A stretch of DNA of 55,042 bases from a virus (lineage: Duplodnaviria; Caudoviricetes). The notes beneath the pieces are model-generated. The model saw nothing but the letters and a program-made list of their open reading frames with translations, did not search any database and was not told where the DNA came from. Made by a program: the position numbers and the translations under genes. This document shows positions 44,871 through 54,151 of the stretch, one piece after another (within the stretch, counting starts at the first letter, position 1; each line of letters starts with the position of its first letter). Location of the stretch: the IMG/VR virus record IMGVR_UViG_3300044491_000241, positions 1 through 55,042 of that record. One strand, written 5' to 3'.

Positions 44871-46828
44871 TGGGTATCAGACCAATTTTTTCCTACGTCA
44901 TATGAACCTGGCGTAGGGATCTTGAAACCTAACTCTTGCCCAGCCTCAAGCATACAGTCTGCTTGGATCTGACCAAGACGCTTGGCTTCTTCTTCTGTGC
45001 CTATGACCTCTACTTGATACTCGTCATGGATAAAACCTACCATCTTAAACTTGATCCCTTCCTTACGGGCAACGTCATGCCAGCGCAGTAGGGTGTGCTT
45101 CATGAGGCAAGCCTCCCCATTCTGCAGTATACCAGCGAGAGCCTTGTGGGTACTAGGTACTTTGACCTTTCGTCCATCGTATCCTTTGAACCAACCATTC
45201 TCCCCAACCTCTTTGATGTATCTGTTCTTCAATTCAAAGAGGCCACCGATACTCATTTCAAAACGAGTACGTGCATCCTGTGCTTCCTTCATTCCAACCT
45301 TAAGTATCTGTGCAGTCTTAGCCACACCTGCCCCCAGCAACCAAGCATAGATGAAAGTCTTTGCCATGTCTCGTGTACCGTTGGGTACATCAAGGGCGTT
45401 CTTGTTGACGTTGTGGATGTCTGTCTCGTTTTCTTTCTTACCTTCCATGATAGCCTTGGCATACTGATCTTCATCAAACATTCTCCAAAGGTAATCAGCA
45501 AGGACTCGTAACTGAATACCGTCGGCATCTGTACCAACAAGCCAAGAGCCTGAGGGTACAGTCCAGCAAGCACGTAGGTGTACATCGTACTGCTTCTTTA
45601 CCTCTTCTACTGCAGTCTTAGCAGACCCATGAAAAGGAGAAGAGATGTTAGCTGTGTTAGGTTCTTTATGGGAACACCGTCCAGTCCAAGCACCAATACT
45701 ATTTATCCTACCATGTATACGCTGATCATCCTTACACTGCCCTATCCACTCCACCAGGGATGAACGCCTACCTTCTAGGGTCAGCCACTGTGCGAGAGCC
45801 TTAGCCCCTGTGGGGGCGTCCTCAGGCAGTGTGTTAAGGTTGTCCTCTGATACAGTGAACCCGTACTTATCAAGATGTTTTTTCTTTTGATCGTAGAACT
45901 CTTGATCCATAGCCTCAACTGATTTGCCGTAAGGATCACCAACTTTCTTACGTGCGAAGTTAATAGCTGTCTTAGTTTTATCTACTGGCAACCAACCCGC
46001 ACTCCATAAGGCATCTATCCGATCCTTGGGTGAGCCAGGTTTAAATTCAATCCAGTCAGAGCAAACAAGATCTTCACCCTCAACGTTAGTAAGGGCGTAC
46101 TTCTCCTTCGACTTAGATACCGTAGCCATTTCAGTGCCATCCTTTTTAAGACGGTACTTGATGCGGTTTACCTCAGTAAGTTTAGGTGGGAAGTCTACTT
46201 GAAACTGTTCTTCAAGTGTCTTCATCTTTTCTTTTACTGAGTTAAGTAAGAACTCTGCCTTTGTCTTATCAAAGTAAAAGCCATAGTACTGTGTGCGTAC
46301 CAGTTCTATCTGAACATCGTGCTCTGTCCTTAAAGACTTAGACCAAGAGCGATCCCAAATAATAGCAGAGAAATGTTCATAAAGATTATGTGTAACCTCG
46401 ATATCTCCATACCAGTACTCAACCATTTCGTCACTGAATTTATCAAACTCATGAAAGTCTCCTTTGTGTTTGTTTAGTCTGATACCCCAAGCCTTTAGAC
46501 TGTGGGGATACTTAGCACCTTTAGGTATATCTATGTCGTAGTCTACGAGTCGGCTCACTATCAGTGTGTCTATAACTTTCTTTGGGTCAATCAACCTAGG
46601 CTTCAACAGTTTGTTTAACATGGGTGCGTCAAACTGTATGAAGTTGTGACCAACAATCAGATCTGCTGATTCGTACCATGCAATAGCTGCTGCCTTAGCC
46701 ACTGGATCTTCGTGGCAGTTCTCAAACTTGTGTACTTCACCAGTAGAAAGATCCTTCCCACCACAAAGCCACAGCTTATCACTGTCCTCCAGTCCATTTG
46801 TTTCTATGTCACTGATAACTATCTTCAT
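44867..46828 (-). CDS. polA: DNA polymerase family A (T7-like) with 3'-5' exonuclease
   Basis: DIET, GHN...FD, HSL.AWG; TGR.S...PN; motif A DADGIQLR, motif B RDMAKTFIY, motif C IHDE. Confidence 0.95.
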   Translation of the reverse strand: MKIVISDIETNGLEDSDKLWLCGGKDLSTGEVHKFENCHEDPVAKAAAIAWYESADLIVGHNFIQFDAPMLNKLLKPRLIDPKKVIDTLIVSRLVDYDIDIPKGAKYPHSLKAWGIRLNKHKGDFHEFDKFSDEMVEYWYGDIEVTHNLYEHFSAIIWDRSWSKSLRTEHDVQIELVRTQYYGFYFDKTKAEFLLNSVKEKMKTLEEQFQVDFPPKLTEVNRIKYRLKKDGTEMATVSKSKEKYALTNVEGEDLVCSDWIEFKPGSPKDRIDALWSAGWLPVDKTKTAINFARKKVGDPYGKSVEAMDQEFYDQKKKHLDKYGFTVSEDNLNTLPEDAPTGAKALAQWLTLEGRRSSLVEWIGQCKDDQRIHGRINSIGAWTGRCSHKEPNTANISSPFHGSAKTAVEEVKKQYDVHLRACWTVPSGSWLVGTDADGIQLRVLADYLWRMFDEDQYAKAIMEGKKENETDIHNVNKNALDVPNGTRDMAKTFIYAWLLGAGVAKTAQILKVGMKEAQDARTRFEMSIGGLFELKNRYIKEVGENGWFKGYDGRKVKVPSTHKALAGILQNGEACLMKHTLLRWHDVARKEGIKFKMVGFIHDEYQVEVIGTEEEAKRLGQIQADCMLEAGQELGFKIPTPGSYDVGKNWSDTH

Positions 46829-48420
46829 CCGTTAAACACAACCTCTTCCAGGATCGTAGTCTCAGGATCATAGTACACAGAACCTGCATTACCTAACTTA
46901 GCAAAGGGTCTGTTCTTATCAACAATAAACTGTGTTGTGTTACGAACAACCTCGTCATCCGATTCGGTATCACGTTCAAGTTTGACACAGATGATTGCTT
47001 CCTCTTCAAGGGATGCTGCATACTTGGTTCGTCCATCCTCGTTGACCTGAGAGATAAAGACTACACCAATGTTCAACTCCTTAGCGAGTTGAGCCATACG
47101 TGCACCTAGTGTGGTGAGGGTGCTGGTTGCAGCGTCAACCCCTGAGTTAGACAGGTAAGCAAGACGTTGTACGTGATCAATGAATATAAACTCTGCCCCG
47201 TAGACTGTTGAGGCAAGGCGTACATACTCAAGTAATTGCATGGGATCGTCATGTGCTTGCATCTCAAAGATGATAGTGCTTTCACCACCAGCCATCTTCT
47301 GTGCAGCCTGTATGACTTGATCCTCAGTGTAGCCCGTAGCTACAGCATCCTCTTTGGTACGTACATTCCAGCCTAACTCATAGGTTGCCATAGCCCGATA
47401 GGTTGTAGACTTCATCTCTTCCATGTGAAGCAAAGCAATACGTGTCTGTTGCTTAAGTAAAGCTACTTCGAAGTACCTGACTAACTCAGTCTTACCCTGC
47501 CCACGCATAGCCTTGATGAACGTAAGACCACCCTTCACTAGGCCACGCATCTTATCGTCTAAGCCTGTGTGTCCTGTTGGTACGTACTCGTATGGGTTCT
47601 CTGTCGAGATTGCTTTCTCTACTTCAAGGTCACCAACAAAGAAGTTGTCAGGACTGAACCGTTGAGGCTTGAGTGCTGCCCACTTGAGATCCTCGCTGTC
47701 ACCTTCCATAAGGAATTCGTTGGCATCTTTCCACTTGGACATAGGCACATAGTAAAACTTGTCAGGCATCATGCTGTACAGTTTCTGTGCTGCACCCTTA
47801 CCTGCTGCGTCAAGCTCACCTCCGTACACCACCATCTCAAACGAGTTGATGTACTCGAAGTTGTCCTTGATAAACTTCTCTGACAGTGAGGCAGAAGGCA
47901 GCGACTTAACAGGGAATGATTTACCTAGTACCTGATACAGACTGGCGGCATCAAACTCACCCTCTGTAATGTAAAGACGTTTGCTTGAACCTGCGTTGAA
48001 GTCAGGACCATACAAATCAGTGGGTGCCCCACGTTCTTTAGTCCAGAACTTTTTCTCAGCATACCCACGATACTTGACGTTGTTAGGGTACTTGAAAGCA
48101 TACCGCACTGGTGTGTTGTTCTCACCGTACTGCAGTTGGATGTTGTATAACTTTGCTACGTCTTCATCTAGCCCACGAATACCGTTGAACCTACCACTAA
48201 TAATCTTGGTGCTGCGTAGGTCTACCTTAGGTGGCGGCGGTGGATAGGTGCCTTCAGCCCACGCAAATTTTTTGTCTCTCCCAGGGTATCCTCTATTGCA
48301 CGACTGACAATGCCCAACCTTTGATAATACATTGTAGCTAAAGGCATCACTGCTTGCGCAGTCCTCAAATGGGCAAGGCTGGTGTGTTACCTCGTTGCTG
48401 CTGTTTATTGCTGCTGTCAT
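46825..48420 (-). CDS. Primase-helicase (T7 gp4-like)
   Basis: Zn finger CP..DC...[17 protein letters not shown] and KDANE, Walker A GQGKT, Walker B FIDH, KNR. Confidence 0.92.
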   Translation of the reverse strand: MTAAINSSNEVTHQPCPFEDCASSDAFSYNVLSKVGHCQSCNRGYPGRDKKFAWAEGTYPPPPPKVDLRSTKIISGRFNGIRGLDEDVAKLYNIQLQYGENNTPVRYAFKYPNNVKYRGYAEKKFWTKERGAPTDLYGPDFNAGSSKRLYITEGEFDAASLYQVLGKSFPVKSLPSASLSEKFIKDNFEYINSFEMVVYGGELDAAGKGAAQKLYSMMPDKFYYVPMSKWKDANEFLMEGDSEDLKWAALKPQRFSPDNFFVGDLEVEKAISTENPYEYVPTGHTGLDDKMRGLVKGGLTFIKAMRGQGKTELVRYFEVALLKQQTRIALLHMEEMKSTTYRAMATYELGWNVRTKEDAVATGYTEDQVIQAAQKMAGGESTIIFEMQAHDDPMQLLEYVRLASTVYGAEFIFIDHVQRLAYLSNSGVDAATSTLTTLGARMAQLAKELNIGVVFISQVNEDGRTKYAASLEEEAIICVKLERDTESDDEVVRNTTQFIVDKNRPFAKLGNAGSVYYDPETTILEEVVFNG

Positions 48421-48697
48421 TGGACTGTTCCCTTTCCTTTGATCGTTGACGTTCTTCATGTGTCATAGCACGAATTTCTTTTGATGGCAATGCACCGCTT
48501 AGTACATCCTCATACTTGTTGAACAGTTGTTCAAACTTCCATTGGTATAGTTGTTGCATACCCATTAGTGTGTTCATCAGTTCATCATGGGTGGGGTCAC
48601 GTTCACCGTCACCTATCTGCCTGAACACAACCTGTAGGTCATCACACACATGCCAGCAATCCATGATCATTGGTTCTAGGTCATACAGTTTAGGCAT
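48365..48697 (-). CDS. Hypothetical protein
   Basis: AGGAG RBS; DLE..IM.CW...DD motif. Confidence 0.6.
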   Translation of the reverse strand: MPKLYDLEPMIMDCWHVCDDLQVVFRQIGDGERDPTHDELMNTLMGMQQLYQWKFEQLFNKYEDVLSGALPSKEIRAMTHEERQRSKEREQSNDSSNKQQQRGNTPALPI

Positions 48698-49161
48698 CAG
48701 TATTCTCCTATTAGTTTGAGTGCTGCCTTATACCGATTAAGGCGATGGATATCTTTCTGAGTTATATCATTGATACGTGAGATATCTAAGTTATCCTTGA
48801 TATCTGCAGCCTTGACTTTCAGGCCAATTCTATTGGCTTTGGTGCGCTCTATGAACCGAAGGTAATGATCGAGCCTTTGGTCTTCGGGAAGAGATTGGTA
48901 TTCTGCCTCTTCCTCTGGCGTTTTGCTCACACTCTTCAGTGCCTGAATGACCTCTTCGGAAAACCCCTCAGTCTCAAGACCCTCCCAACTCCATCCTTCA
49001 CAATCCTCCACAACATCATGAAGAACACCCACGATACGTTCCTCTTCTTTATCGAGAGATAGCATCACTCGAAGTGGATGTAGGATATAAGGATTGCCTC
49101 CTTTATCGACTTGTCCTGTGTGTGCCTCTAAGGCAATCTCTATGGCAATTTCTAAGTTCAT
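48697..49161 (-). CDS. HD-domain (p)ppGpp hydrolase-like protein (small alarmone hydrolase)
   Basis: [27 protein letters not shown] motifs of the RelA/SpoT HD domain. Confidence 0.85.
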   Translation of the reverse strand: MNLEIAIEIALEAHTGQVDKGGNPYILHPLRVMLSLDKEEERIVGVLHDVVEDCEGWSWEGLETEGFSEEVIQALKSVSKTPEEEAEYQSLPEDQRLDHYLRFIERTKANRIGLKVKAADIKDNLDISRINDITQKDIHRLNRYKAALKLIGEY

Positions 49162-49229
49162 TCCTTATCCTTTCTAATAATCTTGAAGCCTTGCTTCTCA
49201 AGTGCCTATATCAACCGTTCTAGGACTCT

Positions 49230-49886
49230 CTAAGTGTCACTATCATCATCCTCCGTCAGTGCATCCCACGATACAGGGAATAGTTCAATCATCTTACGAT
49301 CAATCTGACGTGCTACCTCTCGTGTCTCTGCCTGTGTGTCAGACTTGCAGCGTAGGTTACACATACGAGAAAAGGCATCAACGCTACCTGACCAGTACCA
49401 CTCAGTCATCGTGGACTGTGGTAGTTCCATACGGGCTTGCTCAGGTGCTACCCCAAGACCTATAAGATCTTTGTAGGCTTTAAGTGCTGCCCAATTAACA
49501 CTGCCCCAGTCACCCACGTCAACGACACCATCAGAGCCTTGCTTCTTATCAGCACTACGCCCACGCCATACCTCAGGCACATAGAACTCAGGTTCATCAT
49601 CGACATACCTACGGCTGATCTCATTCCATCTCAAGAACTTATGCTTGACTAGCTGACGTGCTACAAATATCGGAGCCTTGACGTGGAAGCTGGCGAAGCA
49701 ATGTCCGAATGGAGAAATATGGCGATGCTTGGCTAGATAACGGATCAGCCTATCATCCTTAGACTTGAGCTTTGGTGGGCCCCAAGGATCGTCTTCCATC
49801 TCACTTGTCTTACCAAAGGATACTCGTGCTGCGTTAGCTACGGTCAGGTCATTGCCCATGTGGTTTATGTATGTCGCTTTAATCAC
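49230..49886 (-). CDS. thyX: FAD-dependent thymidylate synthase
   Basis: NAARVSF, H.SPF.H, PIFVARQ..KH....NE.SRRY, APEQAR..LP, Q.E.R. Confidence 0.93.
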   Translation of the reverse strand: MIKATYINHMGNDLTVANAARVSFGKTSEMEDDPWGPPKLKSKDDRLIRYLAKHRHISPFGHCFASFHVKAPIFVARQLVKHKFLRWNEISRRYVDDEPEFYVPEVWRGRSADKKQGSDGVVDVGDWGSVNWAALKAYKDLIGLGVAPEQARMELPQSTMTEWYWSGSVDAFSRMCNLRCKSDTQAETREVARQIDRKMIELFPVSWDALTEDDDSDT

Positions 49887-50058
49887 CTATCTGTACTCCA
49901 ATACATTGCACTGTCTCATTCTTTTCATTGACCATAATTAGAGCTTTATTCAGTCCGACTTTACATAAGGTTTCGTTATCATATGTACCCAGTTGGTAGT
50001 ACTGTACACCGTTCTCTGGTACTACAACAAACCAAATCAAAACAAATATAGTTTTCAC
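49879..50058 (-). CDS. Small hypothetical protein (59 aa)
   Basis: Manually translated (MKTIFVLIWFVV...); GGGGA RBS, GTG start. Confidence 0.5.
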   Translation of the reverse strand: MKTIFVLIWFVVVPENGVQYYQLGTYDNETLCKVGLNKALIMVNEKNETVQCIGVQIGD

Positions 50059-50078
50059 TTGTCTTCCCCTTCGTTGTT

Positions 50079-50155
50079 TGGCCCACCCTGCAGGACTCGA
50101 ACCTGCAACCTACTGCTTAGAAGGCAGTTGCTCTATCCAGTTGAGCTAAGGATGG
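50079..50155 (-). tRNA. tRNA-Arg(UCU)
   Basis: Acceptor stem CCATCCT/AGGGTGG, D arm AGCTCAACTGGATAGAGC, anticodon arm ACTGC-CTTCTAA-GCAGT, TTCGAGT T-loop, encoded CCA. Confidence 0.95.
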
Positions 50156-50211
50156 TATCTCTAGTTTACTTTAGTCTCCCAACCCAATGTGATACGTCAT
50201 CATGTGGGTCA

Positions 50212-50424
50212 TCAATCTCTTTTGTCGTCGCTCCATTCAATACTAAATTCCTTCCCTGTGTGCTTTTCTACAGCGTCAATCACAGAGTAGGCTCCCTTCT
50301 CAAACCCTTCACTGAATGCCTCTGCAATATCTTCTTTGTCGTTATATTTTCTATATAGAAAACCGATTAAGAAAGAGAGGACTATAAGAAGAATTGTTAA
50401 GGGTTCAGGTATGTAGATAGTCAA
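50212..50424 (-). CDS. Small membrane protein
   Basis: N-terminal TM helix; overlap-coupled with the upstream gene. Confidence 0.6.
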   Translation of the reverse strand: MTIYIPEPLTILLIVLSFLIGFLYRKYNDKEDIAEAFSEGFEKGAYSVIDAVEKHTGKEFSIEWSDDKRD

Positions 50425-50621
50425 TGGTACGCCCTTAAATCTTTTTTATCTTTCCAAACTTGAAACTGTTTTGGGGTTAGACCTTGCTCTTCCATAAATT
50501 CTTGCAGGTCATAGACAGCTTCCATCAGTTCAGTGTTGGTAAGCATTATCTTTTTAATGAAGTCATCTGTGTCTACCTCATTCAGTAAAGATAAAACCTT
50601 TTTATATTCTTCCTCTGTCAT
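50421..50621 (-). CDS. Hypothetical protein
   Basis: ORF with purine-rich RBS. Confidence 0.6.
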   Translation of the reverse strand: MTEEEYKKVLSLLNEVDTDDFIKKIMLTNTELMEAVYDLQEFMEEQGLTPKQFQVWKDKKDLRAYH

Positions 50622-50639
50622 GTGTCCGTCCCTTTCTTG

Positions 50640-50709
50640 TAGTATTACTAACAGTACCTTATTTCTATAAGAGATATAAAGATATTAGTTTAGACTGTTA
50701 GTAATACTA
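50640..50709. repeat. Perfect 16-bp inverted repeat in an AT-rich gap
   Basis: TAGTATTACTAACAGT (50640-50655) and ACTGTTAGTAATACTA (50694-50709). Confidence 0.85.
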
Positions 50710-50837
50710 TTAGTAGTTATACACACAGAATTTCATTTCAAGTATGACAGATTGTCACACTTATCTTAAAAGGTAGTACATCCACAGGTAAAATCCAATG
50801 CAAACCCCTAGAGTTACTAAGTCACTGATCATACCAC

Positions 50838-51206
50838 CTAGTCCAGACGGGATGATGCGTGTGCATCCAGGCCAAAGGCCTTAAGAATTCGGGCTGCTGC
50901 TCGTGCGCCTTCTTCCTTGCAGTCTACGTTCTGGAAGTGGCTGTTGCTGGGGTTCCACCACTGGAATGTTTTACCAGTCCAGTCTAACTCCAAGCCCAGC
51001 GCACGTATTAGCTTGCGTTCTTCACGCCCCAGCTTGGTGTTCCCTTTGTGCTTAGGTGTCACTGTAACCCAAGCAAAACCACAGGCGTACTTGTCCTCAC
51101 CACCCAGATGTTTCTGGATATACTTGTCTGTTGCTACAACAGCTGAAGCCCATGCTTCTTGGCGAATAATCGGTGCGGTTTCAATTGTAAGTTCCATTTC
51201 TTTCAT
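50838..51206 (-). CDS. Hypothetical early protein
   Basis: CGFAWV...KE.GA.A.A..L...G..A...SRLD pattern seen in phage early genes. Confidence 0.75.
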   Translation of the reverse strand: MKEMELTIETAPIIRQEAWASAVVATDKYIQKHLGGEDKYACGFAWVTVTPKHKGNTKLGREERKLIRALGLELDWTGKTFQWWNPSNSHFQNVDCKEEGARAAARILKAFGLDAHASSRLD

Positions 51207-51225
51207 CCCTTTTTAGATAGGTGTC

Positions 51226-51615
51226 TTATTTAGTTCTTGTTGGCTGTAAATTCAAGGCCCAAAGATCCATCAGTTCTTTTTCTTTTTCGTGTGCTTCCTT
51301 CTCTTGCCACCTGTCCCAGTAGTCGCTTGTTGTGTCCATCACCAAGCACTTCAGGTACTGCGACACGTGTACCATCTCATGAAACACCGTCAGGGCCATC
51401 TTGTTTGTAGGCATCAGTTGGTTTAGGCGGATGGTGAATTCGTTATCATCCTCAAACATTACATCACCACAGTACTCATCCTTCCTGCGTATGGCTTCGA
51501 AGTTTAGGTGCACATCATCCTCGTCTGGAAACAGATGACCCTGAGAAAAGTCAACCAATTCGCAGATCATATTTTGTTTTCTTTTCGAAAACCTACCGTT
51601 AAAAAATACTATCAT
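51226..51615 (-). CDS. HEXXH metallopeptidase-like protein
   Basis: T.FHEMVHV.QY...Y...W.E.EA. Confidence 0.7.
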   Translation of the reverse strand: MIVFFNGRFSKRKQNMICELVDFSQGHLFPDEDDVHLNFEAIRRKDEYCGDVMFEDDNEFTIRLNQLMPTNKMALTVFHEMVHVSQYLKCLVMDTTSDYWDRWQEKEAHEKEKELMDLWALNLQPTRTK

Positions 51616-51797
51616 TTGTCTGTCCTGTTTAAGATGTTACCCTTCACATCCTTGAAGATTACTCTGTGCACCCCATGCCTTTTGAGTAGCCGCCTTTCCA
51701 GTTTCTTTGCTTCCTCTTTTGTGAAAACTGTTGTTACGAAATCCCCGTAGGGGTCACCCAAAAATTCGTAGACCTTGATTGCTCTTGATGCTATCAT
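51612..51797 (-). CDS. Hypothetical protein
   Basis: ATGA-coupled small ORF. Confidence 0.55.
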   Translation of the reverse strand: MIASRAIKVYEFLGDPYGDFVTTVFTKEEAKKLERRLLKRHGVHRVIFKDVKGNILNRTDK

Positions 51798-52006
51798 TTC
51801 TTTGATCCTTCCATAGCTAGTATGTCTTGTGTCATACGCTCAAACTTTTCTCGCAGTTCATCATGCTCAAAGTATAGGTATTCCTCAGGCACACGCCCAT
51901 GCATAAAAGATTGAACTTCTTTGTCTGTCCACCAGTGCCAGTCATCAGGCAGAGCCTCAGTTAGGAAGTGCCCTGAAATCATTGCATATACTTCATTATG
52001 TTTCAT
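51794..52006 (-). CDS. Hypothetical protein
   Basis: Coupled small ORF. Confidence 0.6.
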   Translation of the reverse strand: MKHNEVYAMISGHFLTEALPDDWHWWTDKEVQSFMHGRVPEEYLYFEHDELREKFERMTQDILAMEGSKK

Positions 52007-52242
52007 TACTCTACCTCTTCCCCTGCTAATTCGTCTTGCCTTGCTTCATGTTGTGCCACGATATAAACTGCGTAGTCCAATCTTTCTTTGTATCCCCTTA
52101 GAAATTCCCCTTCGATTGCTAGGTCTGCCGACACACTGCCACGCCGCACACCCGATTGCCTCATTGAATTGATCTGATCTTGCTTGGCCTTAACCATGCT
52201 TTCCATCAGTTTAATTTCTTCTAGTGCTTCCTGATATGTCAT
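52006..52242 (-). CDS. Hypothetical coiled-coil protein
   Basis: Coupled small ORF with GGAGG RBS. Confidence 0.6.
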   Translation of the reverse strand: MTYQEALEEIKLMESMVKAKQDQINSMRQSGVRRGSVSADLAIEGEFLRGYKERLDYAVYIVAQHEARQDELAGEEVE

Positions 52243-52529
52243 TGGCTTATCCTCCAGTCATGTTGCTTTGCCATAAGCATGGGTGAACTATGGTCATCTC
52301 TATTCACAAACACATACCCGTTCTCTGTTGATCCCATGCGCCACATGCCAAGCCAGCCTAGCTTGTCCAATAGTTTCTGTGCTACGTCAGCATGGTTGCC
52401 TTCTACGTCAAGGCTGTCATCCCATTCCACAGTGTAGGTTGAACCTCTGTGACCGCTGGATGTCATGGCCTTAACTCTTGGGCCTCTTGTGTTGGTTGGC
52501 CCCAAATATTTTGTCGATATCGTTTGCAT
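52239..52529 (-). CDS. Hypothetical early protein
   Basis: MQ.I.TKYLGPTNTRG.R.KA motif; AGGA RBS before ATG 52529. Confidence 0.7.
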   Translation of the reverse strand: MQTISTKYLGPTNTRGPRVKAMTSSGHRGSTYTVEWDDSLDVEGNHADVAQKLLDKLGWLGMWRMGSTENGYVFVNRDDHSSPMLMAKQHDWRISQ

Positions 52530-52692
52530 TATATGTCCTTTCCTATCACCCAATTTGATAGCATCACCACCAAAAATATTATCACCATCACTGGTATTGC
52601 TTCCAGCGGATCTTGTACAAAGGGAACAAAGATACACACAAAGATCCCTAGAAAGTTGATGATTGTCAGAAGAAAAACGATCACGTTCTGTT

Positions 52693-52893
52693 TCATTTTG
52701 TAACCTTTACCCTATGTTGTTCTGGCGCATCTGGATTTACTTCTAAGCGCAATCCGCCAAGCGCATCCCTAACTGTTATTGTCCCTAATTGTTTCGATAA
52801 CTTAAGGGCTTGTTGCTTTGCTTCCCCCATTGAGTAGACTACATCTAGGGCTGTGCCTCTATCAAACCCACTATATATATAAAAGCTTCTCAT
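52693..52893 (-). CDS. Hypothetical protein
   Basis: GGAGG RBS; follows the upstream gene closely. Confidence 0.55.
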   Translation of the reverse strand: MRSFYIYSGFDRGTALDVVYSMGEAKQQALKLSKQLGTITVRDALGGLRLEVNPDAPEQHRVKVTK

Positions 52894-52897
52894 TTTT

Positions 52898-53509
52898 TTA
52901 TACCTCCACCAGATCTACACATTCCACATGATAGCGGGAAACAATATCTCCATTGTCAAGTTGACGGTTGGCTTTGTTACCTGCTACATATTCGCACCAT
53001 GTATTCCACCAATATTCGGTGCCCTCTTGTTGCGTCATTGCAACATATTCTGTAATTTTCTTGCGGCGTGTTTCAGGTTTAACCTTGCCAAGCTTCACTT
53101 GGTTTTCGTTCATGCCTAGTCTTTTGAGATTATGGCTATCAATACATGCCACGTTAAAACCTAGGCATTGAGCAACAAATGCAGCCTTGACCATCCCTAG
53201 ATTGGGCACTGGTAAGAATAACTCTATTGCTGCTACGCAAGCTTCGACGCTATCTGTTCCCATTGTCTCTTTGATATGGTTGATTTTACCCCACAAGAAT
53301 GCGTCATTGCTTCGCATGTATTGTAAACCATCCCCCTTTTTACCCCACATAAAACGGGATTTTGTGCCCTCAATGTTTGTAGTTTTTATTTGACCTTTGC
53401 ACGTAGATAGTCCTGATTGAATTGTTGTCAGTACAAACAATCCTACTGGCACCACAGATTGTTTTTCTTCGCAAACCTCAATGATAGCTTTTACATCACG
53501 TTGATACAT
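52898..53509 (-). CDS. HhH-GPD DNA glycosylase-like protein
   Basis: VPNLGMVKA.F.....G...ACIDSH resembles a helix-hairpin-helix followed by the catalytic D-x-H. Confidence 0.55.
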   Translation of the reverse strand: MYQRDVKAIIEVCEEKQSVVPVGLFVLTTIQSGLSTCKGQIKTTNIEGTKSRFMWGKKGDGLQYMRSNDAFLWGKINHIKETMGTDSVEACVAAIELFLPVPNLGMVKAAFVAQCLGFNVACIDSHNLKRLGMNENQVKLGKVKPETRRKKITEYVAMTQQEGTEYWWNTWCEYVAGNKANRQLDNGDIVSRYHVECVDLVEV

Positions 53510-53574
53510 TTTATTTTCCCTTTTCTACTGTTGATCTTATTGAATAGCACCTTGAAAGATGCTATCTTATAAAA

Positions 53575-53724
53575 TCAATCTACTGGAATAACTAACGGCA
53601 AAGAAAGTGCTTCCTCTTTTGTTATCATCATCCAAGCGAATGGATGTTTTTTTGCGTAATTCCCTATTTTCTTGAGATTAGCTTCTGTTGGATTCTCTTT
53701 GTATTTTTGAATAAGCTTAGACAT
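53575..53724 (-). CDS. Small hypothetical protein (49 aa)
   Basis: Manually translated (MSKLIQKYKENPTEANLKKI...). Confidence 0.45.
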   Translation of the reverse strand: MSKLIQKYKENPTEANLKKIGNYAKKHPFAWMMITKEEALSLPLVIPVD

Positions 53725-54033
53725 TGTTTTGTGTTTCCCGTTGTTTGTTTCGATGATTCATAATTGCTTTTATTTTCATTGATTGCAAGAAAATCTATTT
53801 GTTTGTTTTCAGCACGTTAGAATTTTTTTTAAATTTATTTTCAAGTATTATCTGTAATTTTTGTAGTGTTCTTCTTTTGTTCTTGTTGTCTGATTCGTTC
53901 CTGATTCGTTCCGTATTGCACAGGGGATATACTATATAGTGCAGCCATTATTTTTGAGGGGATAGGGTATTTCAGTGACCATTTGACTATAGGGGATATA
54001 CATAAAACTATTTGTTATACCTATTACCCGAAA

Positions 54034-54151
54034 TAGTTTAAGGCTAAACGATATTCAGGAAGAATTAGTTTAATGTTAAACTACTTTTATACAATATGGT
54101 TTAATATTAAACTACTTTTCCCCCAGAATAGTTGAACGTTAAACTACTTTT
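54034..54151. repeat. Four phased quasi-palindromic repeats, consensus TAGTTTAAnnTTAAACTACTTTT
   Basis: Cores start at 54036, 54068, 54099 and 54131; the first copy is degenerate. Confidence 0.85.

Noticed and set aside
44867-46828. HMO-2011-type polymerase with a DnaJ zinc-finger insertion, or an intein
   Set aside because: There are no CxxCxGxG repeats or intein motifs in this PolA. The only such finger is in the 3258-3722 ORF.
49993-50358. 121-aa + strand ORF
   Set aside because: It is antisense to the tRNA and to two small minus-strand genes, so it is likely spurious.
54034-54151. Possible mini CRISPR array
   Set aside because: The period is only 31-32 bp with ~9-nt gaps, too short for spacers. 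There is no cas operon, and the Cas4-like nuclease is a routine phage replication gene.
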